A stretch of 64,000 bases of DNA, from the sequence record NZ_CP110908.1, one strand, 5' to 3'. Both the position numbers and the translations under genes were made by a program. The notes under the pieces were generated by a model. That model was given only the letters and a program-made list of their open reading frames with translations, was not told the origin of the DNA and searched no databases. Origin of the DNA: a plasmid. Positions 1-9,893 of this stretch are shown piece by piece (the stretch's first letter is position 1; each line of letters starts with the position of its first letter).

Positions 1-2571
1 ATATTCACCCTGCAGGTTACCGCCCCCGTAGGAGGCCCCCACACTTCCCATCCCCTCACCGGTACGGCCTCTGTTCTCTTCAAACTCCTGCAGCAGTTGC
101 GGTTTCATGCGGTCTTCCACAAATGACTGCGCCAGTCTGTCGCGCTCGGCACGGACTTCCGGGCTGGCCGCATCAGAAAGCAGCTGGTCAGCTTCGCCCG
201 GACGCTTGCTGGTAACATAACCCACAAACTCCTGGGAGTAGTTCTGGTTAATACTGGCACTGTTATTTTCAGCATAGCTGGCCAGCTGCGAGTACTCGTG
301 ACTACGCGTAACCGCATCGTTGTACTGCGATGCTTGGCTTTTCAGACTGGAGAAGGTGGACGACAGCTGGTTAGCCAGAGAGGCCGACGCATTGTCCGTA
401 TGACTGCCGCTGTCGGTCACGCGGCTGGAAGTCACCACATCCATTGCATCGCGGAAATCCTTCATCTCCTGGGCACTGAATCCTTTGCTGGTCCCACCCT
501 GCTGAGTCAGGTCGGAACTGGTGCCATGCGAGGAGCCGCTTCTGCCCGTATACTCACCTTTCAGATGCGCTTCCCCTGAGACTTTCCCTCCGGTCACAAG
601 GCCGGCAACTTTGCCGAGAATCTGGCGGTCTGAGTCAACAGAGCCCTGCACACTGGCACCGGCACCAAAACTCATATCCTGGCTCTTGGTTGCGGCTGCC
701 CGAACCCCTTCTGCCAGGCTGACATTTTCATCCCGGGCATACCGGGAACCAATCGACTGAATGGTGTTCAGCGCTTTGGTCAGATTACTGCTGGCAGAGG
801 CGTCGCTGCCTGCCACCGTGGTGTCGCTGTTACCCCGCTGCTGGCTCCACTGGCTCATCTGCGACGTGGCGAGGCTCGAGGTCTGTGACAGGCTGTTGCT
901 GAGGCTCTGCGCTTCGCTCAGCGCATCACGCTGTTGTTGCTGCCAGCTGCTGGATGCGGTTTTCCCCAGCGCAATATCGACAGGCAGTTTTGAAATCGCC
1001 TCTGTGGTGTTGTAGACATTCTGCCCGGACGAGGTCAGGGTTTTCGTCGCCCCGCTTTCCAGTTGACTGGTCATATGCCCTTCACGATGGCTGTAGTTGG
1101 TGTCCCACTTGTTACCCTGTACGTTCCCGGTCGACATATTGTTATAGTGCCAGTTACCGTCGACAGCCTGAGATGACGACTGGGTGGAGGCCGACTGCAG
1201 CGTCTGGCCAAGGTAGTTCCCCGCCTGCGACACCACCTGACCCAGCCCTTTCACCATCCCCCAGGCAATAAACGGAATGGACAGCGCGAGCCAGCCCGCC
1301 GTGGTCCCGATATCGGAGTAGGTGTTCTGCACCTGGTCAAAGGTGGCCAGCGTCACCGCCGTCCCGTTGAGTTTGCCTTGCAGGTAAAAATTCATCGCAT
1401 GATTCAGGATGGAAAACAGCAGGGGCCACATCTGCAGGTAAGCAATAGTGTAGACATACCCTTTAATAATCATCCAGGACAGGGAACTCACCATTGCCAG
1501 CACAACCAGAATCGGGAACAGGGCAATCGTCATGCCGAGCAGCACCGAATACATCACCGGCAGCGTATTGGCGGCCACCGAGGCGCTGGTTGCCTGCGAG
1601 AGACGCATTTTGGCCATCGAGGTCTGGGTGGCCACATTCACCAGCCCTGCCGTATCACCGTTCTGGGCAGAAAAACTCTCCAGACCACTGCGCAGGCCAT
1701 TCATTATCACGTTCTTGCGAATAATTTCGGTGGAGGTCAGGGATGTGCCGTGAAAATAGCTGTAGCTGTCGCCCAGCATTTCGGTAAACAGTGCCGCCTT
1801 ATTCCCGTTTGTCGGCCCGAACACCTGGTTGGTAAACCCGTGGGTCATGTTCAGGACCTGCTGCAGAAACGGCTGCGGGTTGGCCCCGCTGATGTCGCTG
1901 GAATCGGTGTTAATTTTGGTTGTGGCCTGTTCGCAGGTCAGGAAATTTCGGTTTTTGTCGTACAGGCCGCGCAACGGACTGGGACGACTGAATATCAGCG
2001 CATACGGGTCGGAGGCATTCATCAGGTCCCCGATGGTGTACTTGTTGTTCAGCATGATATCGCCCACCACACAGTTATGGACGTAATCCGTGAACATACG
2101 CTGAATTTCCGGTTCAGAAAAACGAAAATCGGTACTGCCTGCGGCCAGTTGCGCCCCGAACAGCATCCCGGTTTTGCTGTAGGTCAGCGCATCCGGGCGG
2201 GCAAAGATAAAATCGTAAGTCTGCGCCATCCCGGCCCCGATACGGGTAATCAGGCTGGCCGGTGCGGCAAGGCCGGTCGGGACATTATCCACCTGATAAA
2301 TGGCGGCAGGCTCAGACAGGTCCACCACCTGGACATTCGTTTTGTCGCCAATCATAACGGCCAGCACAAAAACATAGAAGGCCACCCACTTCGCCAGGTC
2401 CATCAGGTTACGGGTGCGGATATAGGTTGCCGCCCCAACAATCACAGACACGGCGGTAGCCATCACAATCAGCGCATCCCCCGCCCGGCTGTTAAAGAAG
2501 GCGGCCACCCCGTTGAGCGTGTCCTGGAACCACGCCCCGCCCGCCACGGTATAAATCGTTTCCACCGACAT
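1..2571 (-). CDS. traG: TraG, N-terminal part. The gene continues beyond the window start. Mating-pair stabilisation / pilus assembly inner-membrane protein.
   Basis: Minus-strand reading from the ATG at 2571 gives MSVETIYTVAGGAWFQDTLNGVAAFF..., which aligns with the F TraG N-terminus. Start abuts the traH stop at 2573. The + strand 403-aa ORF here is antisense noise. Confidence 0.8.
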   Translation of the reverse strand, partial: MSVETIYTVAGGAWFQDTLNGVAAFFNSRAGDALIVMATAVSVIVGAATYIRTRNLMDLAKWVAFYVFVLAVMIGDKTNVQVVDLSEPAAIYQVDNVPTGLAAPASLITRIGAGMAQTYDFIFARPDALTYSKTGMLFGAQLAAGSTDFRFSEPEIQRMFTDYVHNCVVGDIMLNNKYTIGDLMNASDPYALIFSRPSPLRGLYDKNRNFLTCEQATTKINTDSSDISGANPQPFLQQVLNMTHGFTNQVFGPTNGNKAALFTEMLGDSYSYFHGTSLTSTEIIRKNVIMNGLRSGLESFSAQNGDTAGLVNVATQTSMAKMRLSQATSASVAANTLPVMYSVLLGMTIALFPILVVLAMVSSLSWMIIKGYVYTIAYLQMWPLLFSILNHAMNFYLQGKLNGTAVTLATFDQVQNTYSDIGTTAGWLALSIPFIAWGMVKGLGQVVSQAGNYLGQTLQSASTQSSSQAVDGNWHYNNMSTGNVQGNKWDTNYSHREGHMTSQLESGATKTLTSSGQNVYNTTEAISKLPVDIALGKTASSSWQQQQRDALSEAQSLSNSLSQTSSLATSQMSQWSQQRGNSDTTVAGSDASASSNLTKALNTIQSIGSRYARDENVSLAEGVRAAATKSQDMSFGAGASVQGSVDSDRQILGKVAGLVTGGKVSGEAHLKGEYTGRSGSSHGTSSDLTQQGGTSKGFSAQEMKDFRDAMDVVTSSRVTDSGSHTDNASASLANQLSSTFSSLKSQASQYNDAVTRSHEYSQLASYAENNSASINQNYSQEFVGYVTSKRPGEADQLLSDAASPEVRAERDRLAQSFVEDRMKPQLLQEFEENRGRTGEGMGSVGASYGGGNLQGEY

Positions 2572-2572
2572 A

Positions 2573-3934
2573 TTAATTCACCCTGCTGAACTGGTAGTTA
2601 CCCAGCACGCGGTCGCTCATCTTTGAGGAGACCTGCTGGCGGATAAAGCGGATTTGCTGCTGGGCAGAGATGAGGGCGTCCTCCTTAATCTGCACTTCCA
2701 TACGCAGCGAGTTGAGCGCCTGTCGGGCATCGGACAGGCCGTTTTTCAGCTCTTTCATGTTGGCCCCGGGATAATCTTTGGTGGCCAGCGAGCCGTTGAC
2801 CACCTTCATCACAGCCTCCAGGTACTGCAGGTAAATATCGACGGCGATATAATCCGTCAGCTGTGCAAACAGGGACTGCGACACGCTCAGTGACGACTGG
2901 TCCACTATCCAGGACAGGATGGGGATGGAGGTGCTGTTGATGAACTGCTTCTCTTTCTCCGTCAGGGGCGAGTCGGTGATGGCCTTGTTCTCGATGCTGG
3001 TCAGCATGTCCTGTACCATCCGGATAAGGGATTTGGATTCGGATATCGTCACGTTACTCAGGGACGGGGACAGGCACTTGTTCTGGTTGTCGCAGACATA
3101 CACCTTCGCGCTGCCCCCGCTCATCATCGCGGTCAGCAGACTGCGGTCGGAGGCCAGCGACGAGAGAATACGCATCTCCCCGTTGCTGCCGAAAATCACC
3201 GACCCGCTGATACTCATGGCAAACTGGCGCAGTTCCGCATTGCTGCTGAGCGTACTGTTACTGAGCGCATCCCACATCAGATTGATATCTTTCAGGACCT
3301 GGTCCTTTTCCGCCCCGGTAGCCTTGTCGGTAACAGCGTCGTATTTCCCGCCTGACGTACACCCCTGACGGGAAGACACCCAGTCAGAGAACACGTTTTT
3401 CTGCCCGGCGACCGACTGGCAGACGTTCTGCTGGCTCTCGCCCCACATCGACGCCACGCTGTCGACCATCGCTTTTGCCGCCTGGCAGCTCGACATATTG
3501 AAGCGGTTAAGGTCAGCGGCCATCTTCTGCAGGAAGTCTTTCGCGGCTTTCAGTTCCGGGACCGTGGTTTCCAGTGCGAGGTCAAAAAAGTATCCCGCCG
3601 CATTGGCCATTGTCTGTTTCACAAAAGCCATAATCTGGTCCGAGTTTATGAAAGAGAACGCGCCCAGATAGACGTCAATTCCGCCGCAGCCGGCGTTGAT
3701 GGACGGCAGGCTGATGGAGATCAGCTGGATATTTTTATTACCGGTCCGGGCATAGAACGAACCGCCGGAGACATAACGCGCCGCCTGCCCCTGCCAGGCT
3801 TTGGCCGAGGTGGCATTACTGGCGTAACTCATGTCATTGAAGAAAGAATTCATGTCATCCTGCAGGCCGGCATGCGCCGTGCCCGCGCTGTACAGACCCA
3901 GCACCATCGCCAGGCAGAGTGGTTTCAGTCGCAT
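2573..3934 (-). CDS. traH: TraH pilus assembly protein
   Basis: 453 aa. Strong recognisable identity to F TraH across its length (e.g. ...NIQLISISLPSINAGCGGIDVYLGAFSFIN..., ...AAGYFFDLALETTVPE...). Confidence 0.9.
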   Translation of the reverse strand: MRLKPLCLAMVLGLYSAGTAHAGLQDDMNSFFNDMSYASNATSAKAWQGQAARYVSGGSFYARTGNKNIQLISISLPSINAGCGGIDVYLGAFSFINSDQIMAFVKQTMANAAGYFFDLALETTVPELKAAKDFLQKMAADLNRFNMSSCQAAKAMVDSVASMWGESQQNVCQSVAGQKNVFSDWVSSRQGCTSGGKYDAVTDKATGAEKDQVLKDINLMWDALSNSTLSSNAELRQFAMSISGSVIFGSNGEMRILSSLASDRSLLTAMMSGGSAKVYVCDNQNKCLSPSLSNVTISESKSLIRMVQDMLTSIENKAITDSPLTEKEKQFINSTSIPILSWIVDQSSLSVSQSLFAQLTDYIAVDIYLQYLEAVMKVVNGSLATKDYPGANMKELKNGLSDARQALNSLRMEVQIKEDALISAQQQIRFIRQQVSSKMSDRVLGNYQFSRVN

Positions 3935-4545
3935 TATCGTGGTCCCTCAGAAGGTGGTGGAAGGTGTTTCCCGGCCTGACGGTCCAGCGCCATCCGGAAT
4001 ACCTCATCGAGGCGGGAGCGGAACTCACCGGCCCCTGCCGCCCCCTGCAGCAGTGGCCAGGTTTCCATCGTGTTGACGTTGGTCAGAAAGGTGGTCGGTG
4101 TCGCCACTGGCACACCGCTCTGGAAATATTCCACCATCACATCCGGCGTGGCCGGGAGCACATCGGGGAATTCGGTATCGCCTCTCCCGTCGAGACTCAC
4201 CGGGAACACGCTGAGGCCGGTCTGCTGTGACAGGGATTTCAGCACCGGCGCAAACTGGCGGCAGTACTGACAGGTCGACTGCATAAACAGCACGACCTTC
4301 CAGTCCTGCACGTTCACCTGTCGCCCGTCACTGAGCGGGAGCCAGACAGGGGCCGTATCCTGAACCGGACGATCAACTGTCGCAGTTGTCGGGGTCTTCG
4401 GCAGAGCGAGTCCGTCCAGCGCCGGGGCGGTACGCCCGGTCTTTGTGGCCTCCAGGGCGCGGATATCATCCAGGGTCCCGGCCTGCGTCAGGCCGGACAG
4501 CATCGCCGCCATCAGGATGGCGGTCTTCAGTAAAGGGATATTCAT
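3934..4545 (-). CDS. trbB: TrbB, thioredoxin-fold disulfide isomerase of the F-type T4SS
   Basis: 203 aa. Signal peptide, CxxC motif (STCQYCRQF), and position between traF and traH. Confidence 0.7.
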   Translation of the reverse strand: MNIPLLKTAILMAAMLSGLTQAGTLDDIRALEATKTGRTAPALDGLALPKTPTTATVDRPVQDTAPVWLPLSDGRQVNVQDWKVVLFMQSTCQYCRQFAPVLKSLSQQTGLSVFPVSLDGRGDTEFPDVLPATPDVMVEYFQSGVPVATPTTFLTNVNTMETWPLLQGAAGAGEFRSRLDEVFRMALDRQAGKHLPPPSEGPR

Positions 4546-4569
4546 ACGTTACCTTAGCGGTCGGAATTA

Positions 4570-5346
4570 TCAGTAAGTGGCCCTGAACTGCGTCAGGACG
4601 CTGACCATCTGGTTATCGAGGTCGTCGTGGCTCATAAATCCCCATGCAAGGGGTTGCCACTGGTGCGTTTTCGGGTCGACCAGAAAGGTGGCCGGGAAGT
4701 GAGTGACGCGCATCTGCTCCGCCTGTCCGCTGTCAGGGCGGCTCTGTGGCAGCTGGTCGCTGATTTTGCCGTCCACACTGATCGCCATGAGCGTGATGTC
4801 CCGGTCTTCGCAGAAGGCGCGGATGACTCCGGCCATCAGGTTGTCGACGGCATTATTCCCGCGATAGAAGAAGAACAGGCCGTAGCGCTGCGCCACCTGG
4901 CTTATCACCGCACTCTGAACCTTCTTCTCTTCGCTCAGACGCGCCTCCACCGAACCGTTGTAGTGGCTGCGCTTCACGTTGTAGTCGAGCTCCGGGTATT
5001 TCAGACGCGCCAGTTTCGAGGTCTGGGTGAAGTCCGTCGCCCGGTCAGTCCAGAAGTTCTGCAGGGTCATAAAGCGGCGAAAGTTCTCCGCTGACGGATA
5101 CAGAATGGCGGTATCGAGTGCTTCACGCGTCGCCTGCTGGAGCACTTTTTTTTGCTCTGACGGAGTCATACTGGCCAGACGCGCCTGCTGCGTCGGGGCT
5201 GGCGCGGGGGCAGGGTCTTCCTCAGCCGCATTCGGGTTGTACCACTGCCAGCCCTCTTCCCGGGCAAAGTTAGACGTCAGAACCTCATCCGGGGCGGCAT
5301 GCAGGGTGGTGGATAACACCATCATCAGGACAGCGAGTCGTTTCAT
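4570..5346 (-). CDS. traF: TraF pilus assembly protein (thioredoxin-like, no CxxC)
   Basis: 258 aa. GWQWYNP..., ...KYPELDYNVKRSHYNGSV..., FFFYRGN... resemble F TraF. Confidence 0.8.
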   Translation of the reverse strand: MKRLAVLMMVLSTTLHAAPDEVLTSNFAREEGWQWYNPNAAEEDPAPAPAPTQQARLASMTPSEQKKVLQQATREALDTAILYPSAENFRRFMTLQNFWTDRATDFTQTSKLARLKYPELDYNVKRSHYNGSVEARLSEEKKVQSAVISQVAQRYGLFFFYRGNNAVDNLMAGVIRAFCEDRDITLMAISVDGKISDQLPQSRPDSGQAEQMRVTHFPATFLVDPKTHQWQPLAWGFMSHDDLDNQMVSVLTQFRATY

Positions 5347-7172
5347 GGCGTCGCATCCTTCATTTTTTCCGCGATGATGTCCTGCGCTTTTTTCAGTAGT
5401 GCCTGGTCTTCGGGGATGTCGCTGCCGGCACTGAGGTCATCATAAAAATCGCTGAAGTTCATCACGCCAAAATCGAGTCGCTGGAGTTCATCCACCGTGA
5501 TGCCCCGGCAGTCCGGTGATTTTCCCCCGCCGAACCCGACGCCCAGCTGGCCACGGCGGCCCTGCTCCTGGACGATACGCGCCAGTTTGGAGTCAAACAC
5601 GCAGTAACCGCGCTTCTTCTCCAGGCACACGCCCAGCACCTTTTTGCTGCAGTACTCCCCGACATACACTGTCAGCTTTTTGTCCTTCGCCTTCCCGAGC
5701 GCCTTTTCCTCGCTGCTGCAGCTCGACAGGCCCACATCCTGGCCCCAGCCGGAGTCCTTGCAGCAGTTATTGAAGCCCACCGCCATCTTCTTGCAGTGCT
5801 GCGCTTCTCCGGTAAAGGCGCGGACGTTTTCCCCGTTCAGCAGAGCCACATCTTCCCCGGCAGCGGCCACTGCCGCCAGCGCCGAGACCGCCTGACCAAA
5901 CATATTGCTGGTTCCCGTCTGCGCCTGGGCACAACTGCCGTCTTTACAGAAGAATTCCCCGCCGCAAATCTGGCCGTTACCCTCTTTTTTACGCTCACAG
6001 GAGTAGGTCACCTGCTGACTGACGCAGAAGCCGTCCACCGTGTCGGCACACTCGCTGCGGGTCACCGTACAGGTGGAGTCCCTCATGTATTCCCCGCAGG
6101 TTCCTTCCGTCTCTGTCTGGGTCAGGTACGTGTCCTGCCATTTCCAGCAGGCCTGATACGCACTCAGCGTCTGGCCACCGACCACAATCGTGCGGGTTTC
6201 ACCCGGTTCCACGCACTGTGAACCGGTCATGGCCCCCTCGGTCTTGCTGAACGGACAGTTTTCGGACCAGGTCACGACGGGTTTGTAACTGTCCCTTTTT
6301 ACCCGCAGCACGAAGCGCAGTTTAAACGGAACGTGTTTGCGGTGCGTCAGCGAGCCGGAGCCATCCCGGACTTTACGGGGATGACGGGAGGTGAACGACA
6401 CACCGGCAGTCAGGGAGGACGGAACAGGCTTAAAGCTCACGTTGTTGTACGACCCCTTCTGGTGCCACTGCACGTTATTACCGAGAAAGGAAATCGTCAT
6501 ATGGAAACGCGGTTTGTTACCGAGGGAGTTACTCCAGGAATACATGGCTTCCGTGATTTCCCCGCTGATTTGCGGCGTCACTGCCACCACGATGTTGCCG
6601 TTTTCCTCCCACGACGGCAGTTCACTCAGCTCATATTCCACCACTCTCACGTCATATTCCGTGCTGCCCTCATACCCCAGCGTGGCTGTGCGCGTACAGT
6701 ACTGCTCGATCTTCGTATCCCGCAGACACTGATGGGTGGTGATTTCGGTAAAGCTGGCAGGCTGGTCCACGCAGCCGGCAAACCCGCCGCCGGTAATGGT
6801 CTCCGCCTTGTCTTTCATGGCCAGCCCTTCAGAAATAAACGGCGCATCCAGCGACGGTTTATTATCCGGCGGCGTGTTCAGAATGGATTCGGTGATGGTT
6901 TTCCCGGCCTCCGAGGTATTCAGCGCCGACGACCCGGGTGAGGTCATGTCCACGCCGGAGGACGTCACGCCCCCGTAATAGCCGCTTTCCGGCGGTGAGT
7001 CGGTGTAGCCGGGGATTGCCTCTGCCGGGTTAAACCCCTGTATGGCACCGGCCCCCTGCCCTTTGCTGGCGTTACCCTGCTGCATGCCCTGGTTAAACTG
7101 GTCATTCGCGACAAGTGGCTGAACAAGGCAGAAGGATGCCATCGCCATCAGTAAAGGAAGATACCGCTTCAT
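5343..7172 (-). CDS. traN: TraN mating-pair stabilisation outer-membrane protein
   Basis: 609 aa, Cys-rich C-terminal half, signal peptide, position after trbC. F TraN-like. Confidence 0.85.
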   Translation of the reverse strand: MKRYLPLLMAMASFCLVQPLVANDQFNQGMQQGNASKGQGAGAIQGFNPAEAIPGYTDSPPESGYYGGVTSSGVDMTSPGSSALNTSEAGKTITESILNTPPDNKPSLDAPFISEGLAMKDKAETITGGGFAGCVDQPASFTEITTHQCLRDTKIEQYCTRTATLGYEGSTEYDVRVVEYELSELPSWEENGNIVVAVTPQISGEITEAMYSWSNSLGNKPRFHMTISFLGNNVQWHQKGSYNNVSFKPVPSSLTAGVSFTSRHPRKVRDGSGSLTHRKHVPFKLRFVLRVKRDSYKPVVTWSENCPFSKTEGAMTGSQCVEPGETRTIVVGGQTLSAYQACWKWQDTYLTQTETEGTCGEYMRDSTCTVTRSECADTVDGFCVSQQVTYSCERKKEGNGQICGGEFFCKDGSCAQAQTGTSNMFGQAVSALAAVAAAGEDVALLNGENVRAFTGEAQHCKKMAVGFNNCCKDSGWGQDVGLSSCSSEEKALGKAKDKKLTVYVGEYCSKKVLGVCLEKKRGYCVFDSKLARIVQEQGRRGQLGVGFGGGKSPDCRGITVDELQRLDFGVMNFSDFYDDLSAGSDIPEDQALLKKAQDIIAEKMKDATP

Positions 7173-7783
7173 TTCGCCTCCTCACCCAGCAGGTTCCGGG
7201 CCGTGTCAGCACAGTCACCCTCTTCCGCCACCCGCTTCAGGGCCTGATGTAACGTCAGGTCCCCCTGAAGCCGGTCGACCGTATCGCCCTGATTGCCACA
7301 GGCCACAATCAGCACCGGCACGGCGGTAATGTTGTATTTGCGAAACGTGGTCGGATCTATCTGCACCCCGCCGGTATTGCTCTCTTTCACCAGACCGGCC
7401 ACGGCATTGGCAGTGGCCCGCATATCACCGTTGACCATCCCCCGGATAACCACCGGAATATTGAGTTGTGCCGCATCCTTCACGCGCTGTTTCAGTTCCT
7501 CCGCTGGCATCGAGAAGGACACAAACACCAGGGCCGCGTCCACCGGGCGCTCCCCGGGCTGCATGGCCTGACGGAACTGTGAGGCCTGCGCGTCCAGAAA
7601 CGCCTGGTCCTGTGGTGTCACGGTGCGCGGCTGTTGCAGAAACTCCGGCGTCTGCAGGGCACGAAAACGCTGCCTGTCCAGTTGCAACTGGTCGTGAATA
7701 AACTGGCGGTTCTCAGTATGGTCACTGGCCATCCCGGCCCCGCAGGTCAGAAGCACGGCCAGCGACATCAGTACTCGTTTCAT
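7169..7783 (-). CDS. trbC: TrbC periplasmic pilus assembly protein
   Basis: 204 aa with signal peptide. Position between traU and traN, as in F. Confidence 0.7.
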   Translation of the reverse strand: MKRVLMSLAVLLTCGAGMASDHTENRQFIHDQLQLDRQRFRALQTPEFLQQPRTVTPQDQAFLDAQASQFRQAMQPGERPVDAALVFVSFSMPAEELKQRVKDAAQLNIPVVIRGMVNGDMRATANAVAGLVKESNTGGVQIDPTTFRKYNITAVPVLIVACGNQGDTVDRLQGDLTLHQALKRVAEEGDCADTARNLLGEEAK

Positions 7784-7801
7784 TGTCTTTCTCCCTGTGA
7801 C

Positions 7802-8797
7802 TTAAAGAAATACACAGTTACGCTTGCGCCAGAAGAGATACCCGAAATTGCGCCGGTCGTTGGGCATGTTCTTGCCGGTTTCCCAGCGGGTCACACTACG
7901 GCCCAGCGGATGACACTGGCCTGCATCGGGATATTTATTAACCAGGTGATACCGCCAGCGGCTTTTAGGGATGATCGGGGACGGATATTCAAAACACACG
8001 GAGGTGTTTTCACCGATGCTGTTCATCACCATGCCCTGACGGTGCAGTTTGAACGCCATGCGTTCACTGAGCAGTAAAGAGGTCTGCAGCGGGCTGAATT
8101 CGTTAGAGACATAGCCGTTAAACGGATACATGCTGCCCTGACTGCCGGCACACCAGAACAGGGCATCAATGGGTTTACCCGTGAGGCTTGCCACCGCGTC
8201 AGCCGCACAGGCTCCCTGGGCGATGATGTTGCCAAAGAGAATGGCTTCGGGCTGGATAATCATGCTCAGCGAACTGCTGTCCCACATCGGGTCCAGTTCG
8301 GACAGATAGCCGATATCCAGGTCACCACCCTGCAGGCAGCCCATCGAGGTGATAATGTTCAGCCAGTAGGTGAGCGGGTATTTGTACCAGTGGACATGGT
8401 AGAATGCGCCGGGATTTGCGCGGTTTTCCTGCCCGCCTGTCCCGCTGCCGACGTTCCCGATATTGATATTGAACCCGCCCAGATTCACCATGCAGTACGG
8501 GGAGCGCGTCACGTCCGTCAGCGCCATCGGCTCCCAGTACCCGATGGCCAGTCCCACCCGGTACAGAATGCCCATCGGGCAGAACTGAATCGGCATCGAC
8601 GGATTCGGCGTGTCCGGCTGGCGACCTTTGGCCACCGGCACATTGCCGATGGTCACCGGGAAGATGCACTCCCAGCAGACATCGGTGATCGGGTTGACAA
8701 AATTCCCCTCGCATTCCGCAGAGGCCGCCTGTGTCGTGCCACTCATCCCTGCCAGACACAGAAATATCAGCCCCAGACCGGCCAGATAACGTTTCAT
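7802..8797 (-). CDS. traU: TraU pilus assembly / DNA transfer protein
   Basis: 331 aa (F TraU is 330 aa). Signal peptide and conserved Cys/Trp-rich sequence. Confidence 0.85.
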   Translation of the reverse strand: MKRYLAGLGLIFLCLAGMSGTTQAASAECEGNFVNPITDVCWECIFPVTIGNVPVAKGRQPDTPNPSMPIQFCPMGILYRVGLAIGYWEPMALTDVTRSPYCMVNLGGFNINIGNVGSGTGGQENRANPGAFYHVHWYKYPLTYWLNIITSMGCLQGGDLDIGYLSELDPMWDSSSLSMIIQPEAILFGNIIAQGACAADAVASLTGKPIDALFWCAGSQGSMYPFNGYVSNEFSPLQTSLLLSERMAFKLHRQGMVMNSIGENTSVCFEYPSPIIPKSRWRYHLVNKYPDAGQCHPLGRSVTRWETGKNMPNDRRNFGYLFWRKRNCVFL

Positions 8798-9429
8798 GGC
8801 TTCACCTCCGGCGCGTCCAGGGCAAACGTGTCCACCCGCAGACGGCGACGATCTTCTGCCAGCGTCACCCGGGCCGGGATGGCTTTCAGCGCAAACTTCC
8901 GGCTGAGCGAGCCATCCTGGTCAAAGTAGATACGGGTATTCAGGGCGTTCGTGGCCTCCCGGACATCGCCGTTGACCAGAATGACGCGGTACGTCAGCGT
9001 CCCGGGCTTCTGCACCTTCATCCACGCCAGCTGCTGCGGGTTATCGGCGTCGATAAAGTACAGCGTGTCGGTAAACGGCACCGTATCCAGCGGATTAATG
9101 ACCTGCCCTTTATGGGCAAACACCCGGCCCTGATGGTCTTTCAGGTCCTCACTGACCGTCAGGGAGGGGTCGATATAGTGCGTGGTGTTCTCCTGCGCCA
9201 GCGTCAGACCGTCAACCGGCTTCGGGCGCAGGGTGTTTTCAATGACGCGTTGTTTGAACGCTTCCTGCTCCCGGGCCATCTCGCCGCTGGCTTCCATCGC
9301 TTTCAGCCGGGTCTGGATGGTGGTCAGCATGTCCTGTTCGGCAATGGGGTACATCTCCCCCCATGTCCCCAGGTTTTTCGCCTGTACCATGCCGGGCAGG
9401 ACAAGCAGAATGAGCAGACGTCGGTACAT
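8794..9429 (-). CDS. traW: TraW pilus assembly protein
   Basis: 211 aa (F TraW is 210 aa). Signal peptide. Overlapping stop/start with trbI and traU. Confidence 0.8.
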   Translation of the reverse strand: MYRRLLILLVLPGMVQAKNLGTWGEMYPIAEQDMLTTIQTRLKAMEASGEMAREQEAFKQRVIENTLRPKPVDGLTLAQENTTHYIDPSLTVSEDLKDHQGRVFAHKGQVINPLDTVPFTDTLYFIDADNPQQLAWMKVQKPGTLTYRVILVNGDVREATNALNTRIYFDQDGSLSRKFALKAIPARVTLAEDRRRLRVDTFALDAPEVKP

Positions 9430-9893
9430 TACGGCGTCCCTCCTTCGGCCATCTTCGTCGCCACCGCGCTCTGGATCTCCCCGGTAATGTCAGCGGCCCC
9501 GCCGACCACTGCCGGCGTCACCAGGATAAGAGCGTCATGACGGCGCTGGTATTCCTGAAGCTCGGTGCTGAGGGCGTGCATAAACCGTTCCGTCAGGTCG
9601 GTCGTCTGTTTTTCATCCAGGGACCGGGCGCCCGCCTGGTCAGTGAACTGGTCGACCGTCCCCTTCATATCAAAGGACACGACTGTCGGGGTGCGCCAGC
9701 TAATCAGCAGCGACGTGACCGCCGCGTTGATACACACAATAGTGGCTGCAACCAGCAACAAATTGCGCAGGCAGCGGCGGCGACGTTGCTCCAGCCGGTG
9801 TCCTTTCGCTTTGGTGTTTCCCCCCTTCCTGACGTCATCTGCAGTAAGGGTGGGTTCAGGCTGAGCAGGAGTAAGGTTTTGCTCTGTGGTCAT
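9429..9893 (-). CDS. trbI: TrbI, inner-membrane protein involved in pilus retraction
   Basis: 154 aa, single TM segment. Sits between traC and traW. Confidence 0.65.
   Translation of the reverse strand: MTTEQNLTPAQPEPTLTADDVRKGGNTKAKGHRLEQRRRRCLRNLLLVAATIVCINAAVTSLLISWRTPTVVSFDMKGTVDQFTDQAGARSLDEKQTTDLTERFMHALSTELQEYQRRHDALILVTPAVVGGAADITGEIQSAVATKMAEGGTP

Noticed and set aside
1378-2589. 403-aa + strand ORF
   Set aside because: Antisense to traG. His/Gly/Arg-rich low-complexity translation typical of a GC-rich reverse frame. The minus-strand frame gives a clear TraG N-terminus.
6333-6941. 202-aa + strand ORF inside traN
   Set aside because: Antisense artefact; traN on the minus strand is convincing.
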